IMG/VR virus record: IMGVR_UViG_2734482533_000012
Strand: one strand, 5' to 3'
DNA: 40,498 nt
Origin: a virus
Taxonomy: Duplodnaviria; Heunggongvirae; Uroviricota; Caudoviricetes
Position 1 is the stretch's first letter. Every line of letters begins with the position of its first letter. Below are positions 20,383 through 28,740 of the stretch, piece after piece. The translations under genes and the position numbers were made by a program. The notes under the pieces were generated by a model that saw only the letters and a program-made list of their open reading frames with translations, did no database searches and had not been told where the DNA came from.

Positions 20383-20876
20383 TGCTGACCCCACAAACAG
20401 ATTTCACGCTCAATCTCACGACGAGTCATGAGACCTTTCCATTGCTTACCGCCAGCATATGTCCAGCGACGTAGCTGATCACATGCGCCTTTGATATCGC
20501 CCTGGTTTATTTTGCGAAGAAGCGTCGATGTTCTGAAATTGCCAGCGCCCACGTTGTAAACGAACGAGTAAAGAGCGCCGCGCGTTGTTTCCGGTATATC
20601 GACTTTGATGTACGGGTTAATTTGTCTGGCGACAGTGGCAAGGTCTTTATTCAAGAGTGTTTTGCATTCTGCTTTGGTATACGTTTTACCGAGCATGATG
20701 TCTTTTCCTGTATGCCCGTGACATACAGTCCATACACCAACAATATCTTTGTATGGTATGTAGCTGACACCTTCCAGACCATCGTTACCACTTGGGCCAG
20801 TGATTAACACTGATGCTATAGCAATTGCTCCGCCACCAATAGCAGCAGCAACGACTTTTCGTAATGATGGAGGCAT
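20379..20876 (-). CDS. SAR endolysin (phage 21 R-type lysozyme)
   Basis: 165 aa; N-terminal Gly/Ala-rich signal-anchor-release segment ([18 protein letters not shown]) and a T4-lysozyme-like catalytic region; near-identical to phage 21 R from memory. Confidence 0.85.
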   Translation of the reverse strand: MPPSLRKVVAAAIGGGAIAIASVLITGPSGNDGLEGVSYIPYKDIVGVWTVCHGHTGKDIMLGKTYTKAECKTLLNKDLATVARQINPYIKVDIPETTRGALYSFVYNVGAGNFRTSTLLRKINQGDIKGACDQLRRWTYAGGKQWKGLMTRREIEREICLWGQQ

Positions 20877-21091
20877 TATTCACCTCTCGCAGCCTTGCGC
20901 TTATCTTCTTTAATCTTGAAATAAAGGTTTGTCAGGTACGTCAGCAGGCCAAATACCAGACTACCCAGCACACCGATTGCAGCCCACTGTGACGGAGTTA
21001 CTCTATCGAGCAACTGTAAAAACCAGTAGCCAGCACTGCCTGCGGAGGTGCCGTAGGCAATGCCTGTTGAAATTTTGTCCATGGATTTCAT
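20876..21091 (-). CDS. Pinholin (phage 21 S-type class II holin) with dual start MKSMDK
   Basis: Translation [31 protein letters not shown]...[13 protein letters not shown] matches phage 21 S; strong GGAGGTGA ribosome-binding site; the track ORF extends to an upstream Met without one. Confidence 0.85.
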   Translation of the reverse strand: MKSMDKISTGIAYGTSAGSAGYWFLQLLDRVTPSQWAAIGVLGSLVFGLLTYLTNLYFKIKEDKRKAARGE

Positions 21092-21192
21092 AGCCTCACC
21101 TCCGCACGGAACGGATGGCATAGTTATTATGTGTAGGCTTTCAGACACATCAATCAGAGCCTTAATTGATATATATGCTGGAGACGATGCAA

Positions 21193-21217
21193 TATAAAAA
21201 GCTCGCCGTAGCGAGCT
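21193..21217 (-). terminator. Intrinsic terminator between the TolA-like lipoprotein genes and the holin
   Basis: Minus strand reads AGCUCGC-UACG-GCGAGCU followed by UUUUUAUAUU. Confidence 0.5.
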
Positions 21218-21342
21218 AATAAAATGTATTTCTCTGATATTATGTTTATTTGTATTAGCTCAGACTTGACATCACAGGTTTCGTATATAGAACATCATCA
21301 AATCTGTCAGTTTGCTATGAATGAGATATAGTAATTGAAGAG

Positions 21343-21738
21343 CTAACCTCGCATGTCAAAGCCAGATTTCTGAAAATCTCTGTAGACTTCCGGATTGTTG
21401 AAGGCCGGAAATTTGGCTTTATGAGCTGCGGACTTTATCGCTTCGCAATAGGCTTTATCACCGTTACTGGTAGATATTTTTAACGCCGTGCCATCCTGAG
21501 AGAATTCCATATGCAACCTGCATTTTTTCCCTTTCCAGTTATGCGGCTCATCAAGTTTGGCATTAATTGCAGCTCTGATTCCCCGCGCTTGCGCCCCCCA
21601 TTCATCCTGATCATCCCAGCGTCCTGAACTGCAACTACCTGTAGCAGTAGTTTTGTGGCAATCTGAAGGGTGTAAAGGTGTGCATCCCGCAACAAAACCG
21701 ACCCAAAAAGTCAACATAACGATTTTCTTTAATCCCAC
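21343..21738 (-). CDS. Lipoprotein with TolA domain III-like C-terminus (paralog 2, more divergent)
   Basis: 131 aa from GTG with AGGAG upstream; signal peptide with lipobox FVAGC; C-terminal KGKKCRLHMEFSQDGTALKIS...YCEAIKSAAHKAKFPAFNNPEVYRDFQKSGFD parallels the TolA C-terminal domain. Confidence 0.7.
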   Translation of the reverse strand: MGLKKIVMLTFWVGFVAGCTPLHPSDCHKTTATGSCSSGRWDDQDEWGAQARGIRAAINAKLDEPHNWKGKKCRLHMEFSQDGTALKISTSNGDKAYCEAIKSAAHKAKFPAFNNPEVYRDFQKSGFDMRG

Positions 21739-21888
21739 TTCTTGCTCCTCAATCCATTAAAATCTCAGCAATAGTAGTTGTTACGTCCGCCACTGGCTCA
21801 GAGCTGACTATCCGCTAAATTTAGCTCAGTGCCGTAGCTGTGTCAGAACAAACCTAAGCCGAAACCGTTTATTACAAAACAATAAATA

Positions 21889-22317
21889 TCAGGGTTTAAA
21901 ATCCAGCACCCCATTTTGAAATACTTTATATACTTCCGGCGAAGGGGGGGCAGGTATATCAGCATTCTTTATCGCATTCATCGCTTCACGACATAAATCG
22001 AGGTCTCCACTTTCTCTTTTAACCTCCAGTAGAAGGCCATTCGGGGCCATATGCATTCTCAGTGTACACTCTTTTCCTGAATACTTACTCGCATCCCCGA
22101 ACTGTTTTTCGATGGCGCTCTTGATTTGATGGGCATACAGACGGATATCCTCACTAACATCAGAAGTACGTTCAGATGAACTCACATACTGTGTCTCTAT
22201 TGCTTTATCGGAGTAATATGATGTACGGTCATGATAATTTGTCGATACAGCATCAGTGCACCCGATAATAATCCCACTAATAATCAACGTAAGAATTGAT
22301 GCGCTACGAAAACCCAT
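21889..22317 (-). CDS. Lipoprotein with TolA domain III-like C-terminus (paralog 1)
   Basis: 142 aa; lipobox IIIGC; C-terminal YAHQIKSAIEKQFGDASKYSGKECTLRMHMAPNGLLLEVKRESGDLDLCREAMNAIKNADIPAPPSPEVYKVFQNGVLDFKP aligns closely with the C-terminus of E. coli TolA (...CTLRIKLAPDGMLLDIKPEGGDPALCQAALAAAKLAKIPKPPSQAVYEVFKNAPLDFKP) as recalled. Confidence 0.75.
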   Translation of the reverse strand: MGFRSASILTLIISGIIIGCTDAVSTNYHDRTSYYSDKAIETQYVSSSERTSDVSEDIRLYAHQIKSAIEKQFGDASKYSGKECTLRMHMAPNGLLLEVKRESGDLDLCREAMNAIKNADIPAPPSPEVYKVFQNGVLDFKP

Positions 22318-22344
22318 TTTTCCTCACATATGTCATATAGTAAA

Positions 22345-22377
22345 GGATTATATATACCGTTGTTTTGGACGCTCAAA
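22345..22377 (-). promoter_or_regulatory. Candidate sigma-70 promoter for the TolA-like lipoprotein genes
   Basis: Minus strand reads TTGAGC - 16 to 18 nt - TATATAAT, about 25 nt upstream of the GAGGA ribosome-binding site. Confidence 0.45.
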
Positions 22378-22904
22378 CAGCGAATCAGATCAAATAAAAC
22401 GCACATTTGTTAACATTTACACAAAGTCTGCGTGGGATATTCTGAAAGAATATCCATAATGTGGAGAGAATCTATTGAAGTGCATGGTGCCGGGTGCCTC
22501 CCGGTGAACAAAATGTTCGTGATACCTGTCGGCGACAGAAAAGGTTAATGGTATCACCCCACCGCACAGGGGGATTCACCATGCAGGAGTTTTCTTAGCA
22601 AACTCACTGCGCGCCCGGCAACTCCCAACCACATAAAATGCGGAGTTTGTGGCATTTATGCATATAACTCGCAGGAATTATCTTAAAAAACTGATGTCGA
22701 TCCGGATTAAAAAGAAGCAGGTCATCATCAGATGACTGGAAAAAAGGAAAACAAAAAATACTCATCATACAGTTTTGATTGCAGGGATGAGCCTGCTATG
22801 CACAATATGCAGAATATAAGCAAGATAAAAATATGCAGGCATATTATTTCGGATCTTGTTATTAACACAACCTTTTTAATAATCATTTGGCATACAATAA
22901 ACCA

Positions 22905-22934
22905 GCCCAAAAAGAACCGCCTAAACAGGCGGTT
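22905..22934 (-). terminator. Intrinsic terminator in the late leader region
   Basis: Minus strand reads AACCGCC-UGUUUA-GGCGGUU followed by CUUUUUGGG. Confidence 0.5.
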
Positions 22935-23253
22935 GGTCAATACAAAGGATGCTTCGTCTTTATTATAGTAATCTGAGGCGTCGGGTGTCTTGTATCAGAC
23001 AACATATTGTCCCGCTAAACAGCGAATTACAAACCACCCTGCAATGATCTCTCATCTCATTTTATATGAGTTGACGACATCAGGATAACGCATCATCAGC
23101 CCCTGCCAAGAAATATCAAAACTCCCGCCAGCAATGTGTTATCACAATATTGTAAAAAAAACACAGCACCGAAACTATAACTGGTCTCTGTTATAATTTG
23201 GAGCAGAAAGACCAGTTGCCCAACTAGCAGCATTCTCCCCTGCTTTCCTGACG

Positions 23254-23281
23254 TAAAAAAACCGCATTAAGCGGTTTTTTT
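23254..23281. terminator. Bidirectional intrinsic terminator about 80 bp downstream of the Q-like gene (candidate tR')
   Basis: AAAAAAACCGCATTAAGCGGTTTTTTT: perfect hairpin flanked by an A-run and a T-run, so it can terminate on either strand. Confidence 0.6.
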
Positions 23282-23361
23282 ACGATGTCCATGTCTGCAA
23301 TCCGCCTCGCGATACAGCTTTGCGAAGCATAGCAAAATTGAAGCAGTTTATACGTAAGAAA

Positions 23362-23904
23362 TCAAGCCATTTTCTCAGCAAATGATTCACGCATGGGAAT
23401 ATATAGGGCATACTCAGCAACAGCTAACCAATTAGCAATCCGTTTTTCGCATGTGCTAAAACACCACTCTGGGTGTGCATCATTTAGCAATTCAGCCATT
23501 TTGCGCTTAGTCATCCCCCGCCCTTCATAGCGTTGCCGGAGAATGCAAATCAATCCTGGATGCTCTGCCAGCACCTCACTTATGACTCGATCAATACATA
23601 ACGCCTCTGCATCAGTACAATGCGCCAGCCAGCTCTTTTGCTTGCCGTTGATCATCTCTCGCAAAAACGCTTCCAGCTCAGCTTTCTCTATTCCCGCTTT
23701 TTTCATTCTGCGCAGGGCTTCATTAATGGCTGTTTTCGTCAGTTTTTTGGATGCCAACAACTGATTGAACATATTCCCTGACCTGCCACCGCCAATATAC
23801 GACCAGCGCCCCCACATACGTAGTTTTCCCTGAATCCAGACACTTTCCAGCGTGGTGAGGCGAAGGTGTTCTCCGCTTTTTCCTGTATTCGTTGGGTAAA
23901 TCAT
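23362..23904 (-). CDS. Putative late-gene antiterminator Q (assigned by position)
   Basis: 180-aa ORF after the ybcO-like gene and immediately upstream of a terminator and the lysis cassette, which is the Q position in lambdoid phages; no sequence similarity to lambda Q. Confidence 0.45.
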   Translation of the reverse strand: MIYPTNTGKSGEHLRLTTLESVWIQGKLRMWGRWSYIGGGRSGNMFNQLLASKKLTKTAINEALRRMKKAGIEKAELEAFLREMINGKQKSWLAHCTDAEALCIDRVISEVLAEHPGLICILRQRYEGRGMTKRKMAELLNDAHPEWCFSTCEKRIANWLAVAEYALYIPMRESFAEKMA

Positions 23905-24191
23905 AAATGACCTTTCTTTCTCCAGATTTCTTGTGTGCGAAAAACCCCTTCAGCATGCATCAGGCGCAATTCTTCTTTGGTGTAATCGCTGGTTTTTACC
24001 CGCCCGTCGATTAGATCGTGGCATGAGCTACAGGCTATCGCCGCCTGCATATCATGTGGTTTTGTCGCTGTTCCGCACGTCCCCGCCAGCCTGTAATGCG
24101 CCAGCACAGAGGTTTCGGGATTGTGATTGCAGTAGCCAGGGATTCTGATCTGGCACATCTGGCCTTTAGCCGCTTTACGTAAATTCACCAT
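23901..24191 (-). CDS. ybcO: YbcO-like protein (DUF1364, Cys-rich putative nuclease)
   Basis: 96 aa with ...CQIRIPGYCN..NPETSVLAH.RL.G.CGT.TKP.D..A.IACSSCHD..D... resembling DLP12 YbcO from memory. Confidence 0.6.
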   Translation of the reverse strand: MVNLRKAAKGQMCQIRIPGYCNHNPETSVLAHYRLAGTCGTATKPHDMQAAIACSSCHDLIDGRVKTSDYTKEELRLMHAEGVFRTQEIWRKKGHL

Positions 24192-24790
24192 TACGCAAAC
24201 TCCAGTAGTTGTGCGGCCACATTTTCAACTTCCTCCTGAGAGGAGAATTTACGGAACAGAATCCAGTTCCACAGCACATTCAGTACAGATTTATAAACCT
24301 GCTGAAACTCGACTTCGTCCATATTCGCAAAAGCGATGGATTTTGCCCGACGCCCACGGCTACCGTCCGGATAAATATGCTCGGTGTAAAATCCGGCCTG
24401 AATGGTTACCCACTCGCGGAAAGCCTCAAACGACTTTAGCAACGCCGTATCCCGGGTTCTACGAGTCGCAACGGTGTTAAGGTATTGCTCTGCGGCATCA
24501 CTCAGGGCTGGCGTGTGTTCCCGACCAACTGATTCGCACAGGTAATCAACGAAACCAGACAGCAGTTCTCGTTCGCGAGGCGTGATCGCCCCACCGACCG
24601 GAGTCCAGTAATCGAATCCCAGTTGCAGGAGTTTGAAAAAACGCTTGTGGAATGCGTAGTTACGCACACGCTTAAAGTCTGCGTGTATCCACTCACCTAT
24701 TTTGATTTGATGCAGAAAATCGCAACTCTCCGGCGTCGCCGGGAGAAGTAAACCAGAAGAGGTTTGTTTGACCAGTTGTATATGCGCCAT
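24191..24790 (-). CDS. Hypothetical nin-region phage protein (199 aa)
   Basis: ORF with phage-backbone GC content, co-directional with and overlapping the ybcO-like gene. Confidence 0.5.
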   Translation of the reverse strand: MAHIQLVKQTSSGLLLPATPESCDFLHQIKIGEWIHADFKRVRNYAFHKRFFKLLQLGFDYWTPVGGAITPRERELLSGFVDYLCESVGREHTPALSDAAEQYLNTVATRRTRDTALLKSFEAFREWVTIQAGFYTEHIYPDGSRGRRAKSIAFANMDEVEFQQVYKSVLNVLWNWILFRKFSSQEEVENVAAQLLEFA

Positions 24791-25603
24791 TTCTCAATCT
24801 CTCGATGGCGCAGCGCAGCAGATGCCAGTTGTTCAGGCTGACGAATAAAGTATAAATAAACTGGCTATGGTGTAAAGCCCCACATAGCATGAACAAACAC
24901 TACATATCAAATAGCTGGTACAAGGATAGAAATACGACACTTATTATTAAAAACGATTAGATAAATTACATTTTAATGTTATGCAAAAGTTCTTTTTTAT
25001 CATAACATTTCAATAAAAGCATTACAGATGCAATCATCCCGTCATCATCAATTATTTAAGGTGGTTAAACATGGAAAATAACAAGTTCGCACATCTCGCT
25101 CCTTTTTTATCCGTAATCCTTTTCGCTTGTTGTTTTATATGGGCATTATTTTTATAAAGTAGCCACATGATAAGTTGCTGGAATCATATTTCCCACTCAA
25201 GTCATTAACATTTGATAAGATATATCTAAAAGGACGCCTTTACATTATTTATGCGTATATAATTTATTTATATACACAGTAAAGGTATCCTGGGAAAATA
25301 TTTATCGTTAAAAAATACATCATAAATAATTAAGCTGAAATTTCAGAACACAACTAATACACACAATAAGGTTCAGTAACAGTAATCTATGTGGACTACA
25401 TCGAGATTTTTTGATTAAACTTTAATAACTTATTCCTAACACACAGAATGCATAAACTAAAAGTAAAACAAATAGTTATACGAAAAACAACCATATTTAT
25501 TCTATCTTCTCCTCTAATCAACATATCAATTATGTGTTTCATAACAGCTTGACATAACCCTCCAAAAGATGCATTTTTAATGCATGTTTTGGAGGAGGTG
25601 GTT

Positions 25604-25942
25604 ATGACACACAAGAGAATTCCTAAAGATTGGGTAATCAAACGCTCAACTCCGTTCTTCACAAAAGAGAACGTACCTTCAGCGTTATTAACACATCATA
25701 ATACAGCAGCAGGTGTTTTTGGGCAGTTGTGCGTAATGGAAGGCACTGTAACATATTATGGTTTTACTGATGAGAATGCTACTGAACCGGAGATAAAAGT
25801 AGTCATTAATGCTGGCGCTTTTGCAACAAGCCCACCACAATACTGGCACCGTGTTGAACTAAGCGATGATGCTCAGTTTAATATTAACTTTTGGGTCGCT
25901 CCAGACTTTTCGGGCGAAAAAGTCTATAGCACCAAAAAATAG
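25604..25942 (+). CDS. YeaR-like DUF1971 protein (TehB N-terminal domain-like)
   Basis: 112 aa from ATG with a strong GGAGGAGGTG ribosome-binding site; ...RSTPFFTKENVPSALLTHHNTAAGVFGQLCVMEGTVTYYGFTDE...QYWHRVE...FNINFWVAP resembles E. coli YeaR from memory. Opposite strand to the surrounding phage genes, in an AT-rich island. Confidence 0.65.
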   Translation: MTHKRIPKDWVIKRSTPFFTKENVPSALLTHHNTAAGVFGQLCVMEGTVTYYGFTDENATEPEIKVVINAGAFATSPPQYWHRVELSDDAQFNINFWVAPDFSGEKVYSTKK

Positions 25943-25971
25943 ATGATCATATTAAAAATGCTTTAACAGTC

Positions 25972-26009
25972 AGACCCGGCAGGGCTATCCCCGACGGGTC
26001 TCATTTTTG
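25972..26009 (+). terminator. Intrinsic terminator after the yeaR-like gene
   Basis: AGACCCGGCAGGGCTATCCCCGACGGGTCT hairpin followed by CATTTTTG, about 30 bp after the stop. Confidence 0.5.
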
Positions 26010-26562
26010 TAAATATATTGGTTCTACATTGACAGGAGACTTCAACCATAAGAAGTAATCTGAATACTTGAGCAATAAATTTACTTAAGATTAATGAGCG
26101 CACCTTGCCGGACAAAGATAAACCAAGGTAACACCTTTTTTCTAGCCAGTATGTAATCAATCAGAAAGCCGCTCCATAAGAACAACAGCAAGACAATAAA
26201 TTGCCATTACAGCCGCAATAGCCAGCGCACATTTGAGAACCAGCACGACAACCCCCTGTATTAGACGCACACCAGTCCTGATAAATATGAGGCTGTCTCG
26301 TCAGTGATTCAATACAACTATTGGGTATAGTTTCTGTGATTTTATTCTGTAGAAATGGAACACAACAACCAGTCACCACCAGCACTTCCTTAAATGCTCT
26401 AAGTCAGAAACAAGCCAACATTTTAGTCCGCTTTGAGCGATCTGCAGACATTGCTAGCAGCCTTCTGTGTGAATTCTCAGGGAGCAGGTCGGCATAGCAT
26501 CACGTTGAGGCTCTTACCCTACTTGTTCACACCAACCCTAACTCCACAGACTGATTCATAAA

Positions 26563-27564
26563 TTAGTAATCTGCGTGTTTCGCACTTTTCAGAAATGCTT
26601 TCATATTTTCATTAGGTCGCTCAATTTCGAAGTTACTTCCATATAACTCTTGTAATTTTGGCCATAACTTACTTAATAACCCTCTCCTGCGATAAAATGG
26701 ATGTATCCAAACGGTAGATAGGTACGGAGAATTTGCATTTGAATTGTTTATTGTGACCAGCCCAACTAAACATTGTCGATAACCACTATTATCCATTGAT
26801 TGTATTTCTTCGACGAATGGATACGCGATTACATCAGTCCAACCATGATCGGTTGTATCCCATTGCATTCCGTCATGACATTCCTTCGACTGATAGCGGC
26901 GTAAAGCTACACACGCGAGCTTTTGCCAATCTGGAGAATTAATTGTGATCTCTTCATCGTATGACGCGCCTATTGGAGCGGGTATTGGTCTGATTAATCC
27001 AGCATGGCATTCATCATAGAACTTCATGTTTCCCTCAGAAACGTTGTGTACGTTGGGTTGCTCCATGTGTGCGCCATTCAAAAATAGCTCTGATAGTAGT
27101 GTATCTACACTGTAATCTTTATTGATTATTGTCGGCTTAGAGTTTTTCTTATTAAGGCCGCGAGTAACGATTTTTTGATCAATGTTAACAACATGGAATA
27201 ATCCGTCGGGGAGGCTAGCGAACCACGATGGGGCATCGGACCAGAATAGCATGCCTTTTGTACTTCTTAAGAGTTTAATTAAGTTAATACAAGCTTCTTC
27301 ACTAGTCTTGCCGTTGATGCGAAGTATGTTAGGACTAAAGTAATATTCATCCATATCAGGGAATGCAGCTTCGCAAAACTCCTGTACATAATTTAGCACC
27401 TGGATTCTACAGAGATCATCATAGCTGGTAATAACTAAGGGGGTATCTTCATTACTATTATGATTATCAATAATGCAATCTATAGCGAGACTTACTGCTT
27501 TGCGTATCACTTCAGTTGAATCTAACGACTCTAAAAATTTTGTCTTTCGTGTGCGAATATCCAT
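26563..27564 (-). CDS. Hypothetical protein B (333 aa), second gene of the AT-rich accessory operon; weak GNAT-like C-terminal motif
   Basis: ORF 15 bp downstream of gene A; C-terminal ...YLSTVWIHPFYRRRGLLSKLWPKL... loosely resembles GNAT motif A; no recognisable phage function. Confidence 0.6.
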   Translation of the reverse strand: MDIRTRKTKFLESLDSTEVIRKAVSLAIDCIIDNHNSNEDTPLVITSYDDLCRIQVLNYVQEFCEAAFPDMDEYYFSPNILRINGKTSEEACINLIKLLRSTKGMLFWSDAPSWFASLPDGLFHVVNIDQKIVTRGLNKKNSKPTIINKDYSVDTLLSELFLNGAHMEQPNVHNVSEGNMKFYDECHAGLIRPIPAPIGASYDEEITINSPDWQKLACVALRRYQSKECHDGMQWDTTDHGWTDVIAYPFVEEIQSMDNSGYRQCLVGLVTINNSNANSPYLSTVWIHPFYRRRGLLSKLWPKLQELYGSNFEIERPNENMKAFLKSAKHADY

Positions 27565-27579
27565 GTATGACCTGCGCTA

Positions 27580-28602
27580 TTAAAATTCATGAATGAACGG
27601 TTTGTCATCTGGTTGCAAAATGGTGGTTTTATTCGTTGCTACATTTAAACTGTTGTAGAGCATAATTGCCAGGTTCGATGCATTTTCAATCAGCGTTTCA
27701 AGATCCTGGTCTGTAATCACTACGAGGTTCCCTTCTTTATCCTTTCCACCACGATGCACTAAGTGATTTCGATTGAGGGTTGCCAATTCAATAGCTTCTA
27801 TCGGACAGTCTTTTTGTACTTTTATATCGAATGTAGCTTCATAGCGGTCGATTACCTTTTTAGTGCTATGCCAGCTTGCACTGATCAAGTGTTCCTTGAT
27901 TGACCTGATTAGCTCTCCCCTAATTTTCTCGATGGGTTCACCCTTGAAAGGCAACGCAGCAATATCTTTGCTTACTTTAAATTCAGTCTTACCTTTTTCT
28001 ATACAATTGGCTATGTAGACATCATCTTTCTCTATAGAATTAATGAATAGCTCAACATAAAGCGTTTCCAAAGCTGTAATAACATTCGTGTAGAGCAAAC
28101 TAAGCAAGTGGTTTTTTTGCTGTTGTTCAGTTTTATCTTTTGCAAGTTTTTTTATTTTATCGATATTATCAATGAATTTTAAATACGGATTACCGGAAGA
28201 CGTTACAGCGTCGTAGATATCATCATCGTACCAATCATCTATATTATTTGAGTTTCCAGACCAGTCAAAACATTGTGTTTGTAATTCATCTACTAATTCC
28301 TCAATATACTCAGATTTAACATATTGACCGAAGATGGATTGTAGTTCTTCGCTCGCATCATACGGCCCGCCATATATGTAAGCATAGCCACCTTCTCTAC
28401 TTTCATACGGACAAGCATTTGCCGGATCTTCAAAGTTTTCAAAGAACCAGTTTTTCATTACTTCGAGTTGATCTTTTTTGCTTATGTATTTTAAAGATTT
28501 TAGTGGAACTTTCTTTCCATTAACCTCGAAAACAATTTTCACGATGTAACGCTCCCTTGTATCAATTGCGCAACTATTATACCACAGCGAAATACAGGGC
28601 AT
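27580..28602 (-). CDS. Hypothetical protein A (341 aa), first gene of the AT-rich accessory operon; C-terminal Rx4H (HEPN-like) motif
   Basis: Start at ATG 28602 (MPCISLWYN...) with a perfect AAGGAGG ribosome-binding site 6 nt upstream; contains ...ATLNRNHLVHRGG... (R-N-x3-H); AT-rich relative to flanking genes. Confidence 0.6.
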   Translation of the reverse strand: MPCISLWYNSCAIDTRERYIVKIVFEVNGKKVPLKSLKYISKKDQLEVMKNWFFENFEDPANACPYESREGGYAYIYGGPYDASEELQSIFGQYVKSEYIEELVDELQTQCFDWSGNSNNIDDWYDDDIYDAVTSSGNPYLKFIDNIDKIKKLAKDKTEQQQKNHLLSLLYTNVITALETLYVELFINSIEKDDVYIANCIEKGKTEFKVSKDIAALPFKGEPIEKIRGELIRSIKEHLISASWHSTKKVIDRYEATFDIKVQKDCPIEAIELATLNRNHLVHRGGKDKEGNLVVITDQDLETLIENASNLAIMLYNSLNVATNKTTILQPDDKPFIHEF

Positions 28603-28740
28603 AACCTGCCTCCTTAAACTAACATACCATGAGCCAGCAATGTCCGCTATTGGCACAAAGCGGACAACCACGCTAGCTCTCCCCTGTGCCAGAAAAATGT
28701 CAATTTACATATGAACTAATGCTCTTTGATCTAGTAACGT

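Noticed and set aside
22728-22968. Hydrophobic 70-aa minus-strand ORF and 78-aa plus-strand ORF in the AT-rich region between Q and the lipoprotein genes
   Set aside because: The minus-strand ORF starts at TTG inside the terminator hairpin and its hydrophobicity reflects AT-rich codons; the plus-strand ORF has no convincing ribosome-binding site. Both are treated as non-coding leader sequence.
22330-23250. Possible tRNA genes or toxin cargo between Q and the lysis genes, as in Stx and other lambdoid phages
   Set aside because: I scanned both strands by eye and found no cloverleaf-compatible sequence (no GTTCGAATC-type T-arm) and no long ORF; only terminators and a short inverted repeat.
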